From a phage, in assembly GCA_020279385.1 (NCBI GenBank), contig GCA_020279385.1_4762.2: DNA of 64,000 bases; one strand, written 5' to 3'. How positions within the stretch are numbered: the first letter of the stretch is position 1; each line of letters opens with the position of its first letter. Position numbers and translations under genes: made by a program. Shown one piece after another: positions 54,817 through 64,000 of the stretch. Below the pieces are notes generated by a model. It saw only the letters and a program-made list of their open reading frames with translations, was not told the origin of the DNA and searched no databases.

Positions 54817-55059
54817 TTATTCGTCGTCTTCTTTGTCTTTTTTATCGTCTTTGCGATCTTCGTCTTCGTCGTCCTCATCATCCATATCTTTTTCATCATC
54901 GCGGTCTTTTTCTTCTTCACCTTCGATCATGATACTGGATGCGATTTCGACACGCTGGGATTCGATGATCTGGGCTTTTTTAGCCTCCATGATCTTATCA
55001 AATTCTTTTTCGATCAGCGTTAGATCGCGAGTTTTAATTGCTTCGATAAATTGTTTCAT
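54817..55059 (-). CDS. 67: prohead core protein gp67
   Basis: 80 aa; highly acidic C-terminus; synteny. Confidence 0.6.
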   Translation of the reverse strand: MKQFIEAIKTRDLTLIEKEFDKIMEAKKAQIIESQRVEIASSIMIEGEEEKDRDDEKDMDDEDDEDEDRKDDKKDKEDDE

Positions 55060-56625
55060 TTAAAAATCCTCTATTTCATCGGGAGTTTGTTTAAAGCGCG
55101 GATCGTTCGCTTCTTCTTCGATCTGTTTCTTCTCGGTGTCCATCTGGTCATCGGTATATTTCAGAATGTCACGCATCACTGTCTGGTTAGAGAAATATTT
55201 ACCAATGTAAGGTGTAATACGTTCGATTAGACCGATTCGACGTTCTAAAATTTCCGCGTCTTTAACTTCTGTATAGTAAGAGTCCCGATGGAAAACCACC
55301 TTGATATTATTTATTTCACGATCCCAATCGTCTTCCGTAATTACATTTTTGAGAATCAGATTATATTTCAGAGGATCGCGCAATACTTCCGAAAACTGTG
55401 ATTGCAGAGTTCTAATGAATTTCGAAAATTCCAACTCATCGCGAGTAATTTCTGAACCGTCACCACCGATCACCATATTAGCATCGGAGAGATTACTGCG
55501 TGACAATGGTACACGCAACGCTTCATACAATTTACGGTTAAAGTAGCGAATATCATCGATATCACTCATACCGGATGCACCGGGTAAAGTAGTAACGTCG
55601 GTGATTGCTTTACCATCTCGACGCTGTAACCAGTAGTCCTCTGTCATTGATAGATTTGCTTGCTGGTTTTTAAGTTTACCAGTCGATGCATCATAAACAA
55701 CGCGGTTTTTAAAAGACTGTGCCACTGAGTTCATGTGCTGTGCAGCCTTGCGGTTGTTCATGTTTCCGGTATCAATAAAGAACACTCGGCGTTCCGGTGC
55801 ACGCGTGATACGATAAACGACCATTGCGTCTTCCAACAATTTAAGCTGGTTTGCTGGCTTAACAGCCCGATGCAAATAACCAATGATATATTTATCATCA
55901 CAATCCATCAAGCCGCTGTGAGCGTATGTAATAGCACTACGCGGGATTTTAACGCGACTATTAGGAGAGAATACTTGACCACCCGCGCAATAAGAACTAT
56001 TGCCTACGGTGTAAATGAAATATTCTTTCGTTGCTTTATAAATTTTACCTTCCGGTGTGTCTTCTGTAATGATCTCGCGAACATATTCAAGATTACGTGG
56101 GTCAAGCTGGCGTAATTCTACGATACCATCTTTTGGATTTTTGCCGATGATTTTATGGAAGAAAATACGCGAATCGACATACCAGCGACGGAACATATCC
56201 TGACCGCGCCTATCAAACTGGATAGTGTTTAAAAGATCTTTAAATTCTTCATGAATGCGCTCTTTTACAGATTCACTAAAGCCAGTCGCCTCAAGATTTA
56301 ATGAAACAACTTCATGACCTTCTTCAAATACAATCGCATCGTTAACGATATTTTGTACAGCGTTTTCGACTTCATGGTTATTCATCAAACCGCGATATGT
56401 GTTAACTAATTGCTTAGTTGTGCTGATTTTCTGGTCGGTGCTGTAAAATTGCTGGGTAAGAGAGTTCCACGAGCTAGCCGGAGAATTATCATTAATTTCT
56501 ACTTCCGTAGCACCATCATTGTTTTTAGGTGCGGCGATAGACTCTGCTTTATCTTTAATTTGTTCTTCGTATTTGTCGTTGTCAAAATCAGCCCAACGCG
56601 CAAGCATTTTTAATCTACTAAACAT
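55060..56625 (-). CDS. 20: portal vertex protein gp20
   Basis: 521 aa; FRRWYVDSRIFFHKII, IGYLHRAVKPANQLKLLEDA, MTEDYWLQRRDGKA, EILERRI colinear with T4 gp20. Confidence 0.9.
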   Translation of the reverse strand: MFSRLKMLARWADFDNDKYEEQIKDKAESIAAPKNNDGATEVEINDNSPASSWNSLTQQFYSTDQKISTTKQLVNTYRGLMNNHEVENAVQNIVNDAIVFEEGHEVVSLNLEATGFSESVKERIHEEFKDLLNTIQFDRRGQDMFRRWYVDSRIFFHKIIGKNPKDGIVELRQLDPRNLEYVREIITEDTPEGKIYKATKEYFIYTVGNSSYCAGGQVFSPNSRVKIPRSAITYAHSGLMDCDDKYIIGYLHRAVKPANQLKLLEDAMVVYRITRAPERRVFFIDTGNMNNRKAAQHMNSVAQSFKNRVVYDASTGKLKNQQANLSMTEDYWLQRRDGKAITDVTTLPGASGMSDIDDIRYFNRKLYEALRVPLSRSNLSDANMVIGGDGSEITRDELEFSKFIRTLQSQFSEVLRDPLKYNLILKNVITEDDWDREINNIKVVFHRDSYYTEVKDAEILERRIGLIERITPYIGKYFSNQTVMRDILKYTDDQMDTEKKQIEEEANDPRFKQTPDEIEDF

Positions 56626-56683
56626 TATTCACCTCGAATTGGGAGAAATTAGGCGGGGAACTTCTCCCCGCATGATAATATAT

Positions 56684-57178
56684 TTATTCTACCCAATCGA
56701 TAGCAAAAGTAACTTCAAACGTTTCAACTTCGTTGTTTTGTTCCCAATCGAGGGTTACTTCACCAACGTTGGTCGGGAAAATACCGTACAATGTTTTTTC
56801 GCTAGTTGATTCGGTGTTACGGTTAAGTTGACGAACAATAGCTTGTTTCTTATATTGTGCAGGAGTTGCACCAGTGATTGCCGAACCAGTGCCATGTGTC
56901 TGATCGCTCCATGCAACGATAGCATCACGGATCTTGTGTGCGTCATCGTTGAATACAGTGATGGTCCAGTCGTCGTATACACGGTCGCCAGCGATGTTAA
57001 TTTTACGGTTTTGATAGCCTACAGCAATTTTTTCTACGGTAGCAGCCGGGACAGTAGCAGCCTTACACATCAGCTTAAAGTTTTGCCCCAGATATGGGAT
57101 CTCAACTTCAAACAGGTTAGGACGAGCAAAATCGCCAGACTCGAAACCGCGTGTAATATCATTCAAATCGAGTGCCAT
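56684..57178 (-). CDS. 19: tail tube protein gp19
   Basis: 164 aa; FESGDFARPNLF, NRKINIAGDR, PTNVGE, NNEVETFEVT match T4 gp19. Confidence 0.9.
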   Translation of the reverse strand: MALDLNDITRGFESGDFARPNLFEVEIPYLGQNFKLMCKAATVPAATVEKIAVGYQNRKINIAGDRVYDDWTITVFNDDAHKIRDAIVAWSDQTHGTGSAITGATPAQYKKQAIVRQLNRNTESTSEKTLYGIFPTNVGEVTLDWEQNNEVETFEVTFAIDWVE

Positions 57179-57251
57179 AATTGATATTCCTTAATAGAGC
57201 GGGGATTTTCTCCCCGCTTGATTTAACTTTTAATCTATGCTAATTTACTGA

Positions 57252-59261
57252 TTATGCCTGGTTAGCTGGACCGATAATTTCGTCAAAGTCAGCACCAGTT
57301 GCAACAGCAGTGAAATTGAGCATGATATAGTTGATCGATTTTGCTGGTTTGATGAACATACTAGCAACAAATTCATTACGATCAATTACATCCGGCGTGT
57401 TGTTCGTGGTGTCGCATTGTACTCGGAAGTCATAAATGCCGCCCAGAGAGCGAATCGTGCTGAGATATTGCGAAACCTCCATACGGAAGGAAGCGCGAGT
57501 AAAGTTATCGTTGTTTTCAAACAGTTTGTATTTGCTTGAATCGCCGATATTCTTTTTCAGCATGTTAAACAGACGACGAACGTTAATTCGGTCAAACGGG
57601 CTAGGAACAGTCGTAGCGGTTTTATCACCCATCAGGATAAACCCTTCACCACCAGCACCGATCACCGGGTTAATTGCGGCCTGATACAGACGATCGCGGT
57701 GCGCCTTGCGAGGCTCAATTGCCAGTTTAACCACGTTCATGATCTGACCACGGTTATAACCTGCCGGACTCATCCACGGCTGGGATACAGCATCAGTACG
57801 AGCGCACAAACCAGCAATATCAGCAGCCAACGGAACCCAACGGTTTACGTCGTTGTATTTGTCATACTGATATTTGTAGTTACCATCAATAACCGCGTAA
57901 GTGGTATTAATGTTCATGTTGTTTTCATTATAGTTTCCTGAACCTTCGCGCCATGCAATCAGGTTATCAATTGCGGTAGTCACCGGAATATTAACAACAG
58001 TGCTACGCGGCGGAGAAACCATTACTAAGCAATCCTGACGCTCATCACCGATGGAAACAGCATGTTTCTGTACGGTAGAGAACGCATCGCCTTCGCCAGC
58101 ACATGCACCAGCGATCAACAGGTTTACGTGAATAGATTCACGTTCAGCAAACAGATCCCAACCTTGCATCATCGCACCGATGAACGGATCAGCACCAACT
58201 CCACCAGTCGTTGCTTCGTTAGCAGAAACACCACCAGCAAGAGAGATAATACCACTGAAACCATCTACCCACCCTTGAGCGGTTGCATAGATGTACTGGC
58301 TAGAACCACGAGCAAAGAAGTCGTCCATGTAGATAGAATTTCCGTATACGTCTTTATCCCCTTTCAGAGTAGACAGTACATAGGATTCTACCACAACACC
58401 ATCGCGACGAACAATAAATGCATATTGATTATCATTCTGCGGTGCATATGGAATCAGGTTGCGTGCTGCGGCACGAGTTCCGCCGAACGGATACATAGTT
58501 AATTCAGGTGCTACCGCGCCACTGAACGCGCTACGTGCCAGAATTTCAACTTCCAGCGAGTTGCCAATCTCACCAGCATAGATCGCGCTTACCGCTGGCA
58601 TATCATACTTCTGGAGTTTAGTCAAGAAAGTCTGATTTGTGATATTGGCGCGGGAAGTTTCCAGATCCGTTAACAGAAGACCGGAATCAGTAACAATTTT
58701 AGTTACTGACAGCGCCGCACTACCGTTACCTGACGAAGAAGTGAACTCTGCCGTCCAACCGCCATCAAGTTCTGGATATACACCGATTGCTTTAGCGTGA
58801 GCGATAATTTTACCAGTTGGGATAAATACGCCCTTAACTTTACCATCACCATCACCATCAACTTTAGTTACTTTACCAGCCGTTTCAATATCTTGACGGT
58901 TATGTTTAATCTTGATGGTATCGCCTACTTCATAGTTTGAACCTTCGTTTGTGATTTCAAACTCTACGTTACCAGCTAGGGCAGTTGCGTTTTTTGCTTT
59001 TTCTTTATTGAGTACACGAACAACACGCAGGTCATTGCCATACTGGAGGAAGTTAGCCCCGCTCATGAAATAGTCTGCGGTGTTATTATCCGGCTGACCA
59101 AATTTATTAACTAATTCAACTTCATTAGTTACTTGAACAATCTGGAAAGCTGGACCCCATTGAAATTTACCTACCAGCGCCGCGCGACCAGTCGCAGATT
59201 GCACAATGGTAGTGGAGAGAGTAGTTTCTTTCGTTTCGAAACCCGGTGATAATAGAGTCAT
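57252..59261 (-). CDS. 18: tail sheath protein gp18
   Basis: 669 aa; synteny and length (T4 gp18 ~659 aa). Confidence 0.85.
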   Translation of the reverse strand: MTLLSPGFETKETTLSTTIVQSATGRAALVGKFQWGPAFQIVQVTNEVELVNKFGQPDNNTADYFMSGANFLQYGNDLRVVRVLNKEKAKNATALAGNVEFEITNEGSNYEVGDTIKIKHNRQDIETAGKVTKVDGDGDGKVKGVFIPTGKIIAHAKAIGVYPELDGGWTAEFTSSSGNGSAALSVTKIVTDSGLLLTDLETSRANITNQTFLTKLQKYDMPAVSAIYAGEIGNSLEVEILARSAFSGAVAPELTMYPFGGTRAAARNLIPYAPQNDNQYAFIVRRDGVVVESYVLSTLKGDKDVYGNSIYMDDFFARGSSQYIYATAQGWVDGFSGIISLAGGVSANEATTGGVGADPFIGAMMQGWDLFAERESIHVNLLIAGACAGEGDAFSTVQKHAVSIGDERQDCLVMVSPPRSTVVNIPVTTAIDNLIAWREGSGNYNENNMNINTTYAVIDGNYKYQYDKYNDVNRWVPLAADIAGLCARTDAVSQPWMSPAGYNRGQIMNVVKLAIEPRKAHRDRLYQAAINPVIGAGGEGFILMGDKTATTVPSPFDRINVRRLFNMLKKNIGDSSKYKLFENNDNFTRASFRMEVSQYLSTIRSLGGIYDFRVQCDTTNNTPDVIDRNEFVASMFIKPAKSINYIMLNFTAVATGADFDEIIGPANQA

Positions 59262-59292
59262 TAGAATTTCCTCATCTTTTTATGCATTATCG

Positions 59293-61613
<2,321 letters not shown>

Positions 61614-61626
61614 AATAAATTACCTC

Positions 61627-62460
61627 TTAAAATTCTCTTACAATACGTGGACCCGGTGGAGTCGGTGCAACTGGTATTGGAATATCACTAGAATATGATT
61701 CTTTGATAGTTCCGTCCCAATCTTCTTGCTCGACGTCACGTTTAACGACCTCGTGATCCACTGATTCAAAATTACCGCTAGGATTCAATTCACGAGAATT
61801 GGCATGAAAATCAAGATAAATCGTTCTGATTTCCCCCTTAACGTCGGTAGCTGGAGGATATATAAACCCGATAAATTCGAACATAATGGTCCACTCAAGA
61901 CGACGACGAGAAAACTTATCTTCGCCTACCTGTTCATCTGGAGTAATAGAACTAATTGTGACCTGAATATCTCGATCAATCCATACATCATTACCGTGTA
62001 GTTCTTTAATCTTACAGTTAAAATGAGGCTGGAAGTAAGGAAGAATCTGTTCAATTATTTGAAACATATCATCTTCGTTACGCGTATAAATCCCTAACTC
62101 GAAAGTAAACTTATATGGTACAGGATTATATTGTGTTACGCTCCTGATTCCATCAGCCGTATATTTTGGTACTGTCTTATTTGCAATATTGGTTTTAAAG
62201 TTCTGGGCGTATGTCATATCAATCAAAGAAAGACACATACGCGGTAAAATAGTTTCTACCTTTGCTACGTCTTCCTCACTTGAGATATTGTTATATTTGT
62301 CCAGACTCATCATGAATTTTTCTTTCTTTGCGTAGGTGATAGGAACTTTAATAAACCGCTCACCGTCACTACGCACCCTTTTAATTTGTACGCCGGAGAA
62401 TAAATTACCCAGCAATACAATATACCGTCTAATTGACGAATTGTAAAAATGTGAAAACAT
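61627..62460 (-). CDS. 15: tail completion / sheath stabiliser gp15
   Basis: 277 aa; synteny and length. Confidence 0.75.
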   Translation of the reverse strand: MFSHFYNSSIRRYIVLLGNLFSGVQIKRVRSDGERFIKVPITYAKKEKFMMSLDKYNNISSEEDVAKVETILPRMCLSLIDMTYAQNFKTNIANKTVPKYTADGIRSVTQYNPVPYKFTFELGIYTRNEDDMFQIIEQILPYFQPHFNCKIKELHGNDVWIDRDIQVTISSITPDEQVGEDKFSRRRLEWTIMFEFIGFIYPPATDVKGEIRTIYLDFHANSRELNPSGNFESVDHEVVKRDVEQEDWDGTIKESYSSDIPIPVAPTPPGPRIVREF

Positions 62461-63216
62461 TTATTCATATCTCCATGTAGGAAACTTATCTGAGAGAAGT
62501 CTAGCTTTAACCGTTTTATAACTTATACCAAACATTTTAGCTGCATCACTCAAAATATAAAATTCCATATCGTCGATGAAGAATCTTTTTGCCCTAAAGT
62601 GTTGTTTTCCTCTCGGTGTATTTTGCGTTATTGCTGCCACATGTTCTGGGGGTAGTTTTCTCCCTGTTAATTTTGCCGCAACCTTCTCTCCTATATCTGG
62701 TCGTTTCTTTCCTCGCCACGTTTTACCTATTTTGAACTTGTGTTCTTCTGTGAACTTTCTTCCTGTGTTTGCCTTCTTTAGCGCGTCTATCTGCTTCTGT
62801 GATAGCTTATGACCTTTGAATCTTGCGCTAACCTTATCTCTAGATTCTTGCTTCCATACTCTATTTCGGTTTGCTTCTGCGTGTCTTTCGCTTGCAAGTT
62901 TTCTTCGTTCTTCGCTCATCCCAGCGTGAGTATTTCCACCTTGTCCACCAACCGAAACATTATAGGTATCTTCTCTTTTTACAAATTCCTCTGTAACTAT
63001 TTCTCTTTCTGCTTTCCTTGCCTCTTTCCATGAGTCAAACGTTTTGAGAATTGTTTTTGTGAAGTTTTCTATCCCGTTCTTTTTAATAGACCTCTTAAGA
63101 GTCAATCCACTACCCATATAAGGATCTTGACTTATGTCACCATCATACCCACGAATGCCAACATATATCTTACCATTTATATTGTTCTTTATTTCGTATA
63201 GATAATAGTTTTTCAT
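62461..63216 (-). CDS. free-standing GIY-YIG homing endonuclease (Seg-like) between genes 15 and 14
   Basis: 251 aa; N-terminal YLYEIKNNINGKIYVGIRG GIY-YIG motif; basic repeat region; ends with HTH-like module. Confidence 0.75.
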   Translation of the reverse strand: MKNYYLYEIKNNINGKIYVGIRGYDGDISQDPYMGSGLTLKRSIKKNGIENFTKTILKTFDSWKEARKAEREIVTEEFVKREDTYNVSVGGQGGNTHAGMSEERRKLASERHAEANRNRVWKQESRDKVSARFKGHKLSQKQIDALKKANTGRKFTEEHKFKIGKTWRGKKRPDIGEKVAAKLTGRKLPPEHVAAITQNTPRGKQHFRAKRFFIDDMEFYILSDAAKMFGISYKTVKARLLSDKFPTWRYE

Positions 63217-63256
63217 AAGTCATTAGATCCTTATATTATATCAATACAAGTATTTA

Positions 63257-63997
63257 TCAAAAATCGGCGAAAGGTGAACCCTTGCCATTAATAGGATCAA
63301 ACGGATCAATAAAATCTTGTCCTTCGATTCTGAATTGCTTATCTTCTTTGTACTGATCTAAGTTGATATCTGTTAACCCGTCCAGATTAGTGATCGGTGC
63401 AAGATCCAGATCCGCAAACTCATCAACATTAATTCCCTCATTGCGTTGTAATTCTGGTCGCAATTCCTCACCGCTATACACGAATTTCTCTGCAATAATT
63501 TTACGCATGGCATTTTTGCCAGCCTGAAAAAACGGCTGATATGGCTCGACGTAATTGATTTCAAAGAGATCATTACTCATTGGAATATAAATTAAGTCAC
63601 CTGATTTTGGCTCTTGATCATCTACTTGATGCTTGAATAGGTTGGGGTTAACCGTAAAAGTTAATTCATCATTAGCTTGATACCCGAAACTAGAGAAGAA
63701 ATTACCCGCTCCTTCATACCCATCAAATGAGTTAATATAAGCCGCAAATTTCCATGCTTTAGTAAATTTGCTTTGAACATCCTCACCAAAGATCATATCT
63801 GGTTTGACAAATTCACGAGGGATGTAATATAATTCTACACCTCGCATCTGAATAGCTTCGGCGACCATAACGTCGGCTAACGTCTGGGTGTTTGTATGAC
63901 GGTTGAAATTTACGTAAGGATTGAGAATCTCGGTTTGTCGTGTATTCTCATAATCCTTTTGCGATTCAAGGCGAGCAAAAAGAGTGTTGTTAAACAT
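63257..63997 (-). CDS. 14: neck protein gp14
   Basis: 246 aa; [39 protein letters not shown] colinear with T4 gp14. Confidence 0.85.
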   Translation of the reverse strand: MFNNTLFARLESQKDYENTRQTEILNPYVNFNRHTNTQTLADVMVAEAIQMRGVELYYIPREFVKPDMIFGEDVQSKFTKAWKFAAYINSFDGYEGAGNFFSSFGYQANDELTFTVNPNLFKHQVDDQEPKSGDLIYIPMSNDLFEINYVEPYQPFFQAGKNAMRKIIAEKFVYSGEELRPELQRNEGINVDEFADLDLAPITNLDGLTDINLDQYKEDKQFRIEGQDFIDPFDPINGKGSPFADF

Positions 63998-64000
63998 ATG

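Noticed and set aside
54563-55063. Plus-strand ORF 54563-55063 with Ser-rich repeats
   Set aside because: Antisense to gp68/gp67; the Ser-rich repeat is the antisense reading of the acidic Glu/Asp-rich gp67 tail.

Overview
This window is a T4-like (Tevenvirinae-type) myovirus genome segment that follows T4 gene order almost exactly. Calls rest on by-eye motif and synteny recognition from the translated ORFs; no database search was run. Plus strand, early/middle genes: rnh, dsbA, 33, 59, 32, frd, td, nrdA, nrdB, denA, rnlA, pseT, cd, 31, 30 (DNA ligase), then a ~7 kb hyperplastic block of ~25 small ORFs, then alt. Minus strand, late genes: gene 34 (partial, runs off the window start), baseplate hub genes 54-48-29-28-27-51, uvsW, and the head/tail block 24-23-22-21-68-67-20-19-18-17-16-15-14. 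Plus-strand 26-25-uvsY and hoc sit between these. The most striking signal is a set of about 18 near-consensus sigma70 promoters (TTGACA-17-TATAAT) with palindromic spacers and a shared leader, which look like the mobile PeSL promoter cassettes described in RB49/RB43-type phages. They drive a paralogous small-protein family and several accessory genes absent from the T4 backbone. The best candidates for an undescribed system are a CYTH-domain protein, a NADAR/YbiA-like protein, and a compact C5-methyltransferase-like + Zn-ribbon + DUF262 trio; all three are hypotheses from motifs only. Three free-standing homing-endonuclease-like genes (two HNH, one GIY-YIG) and a thymidylate synthase with a ~110 aa internal insertion are also present.
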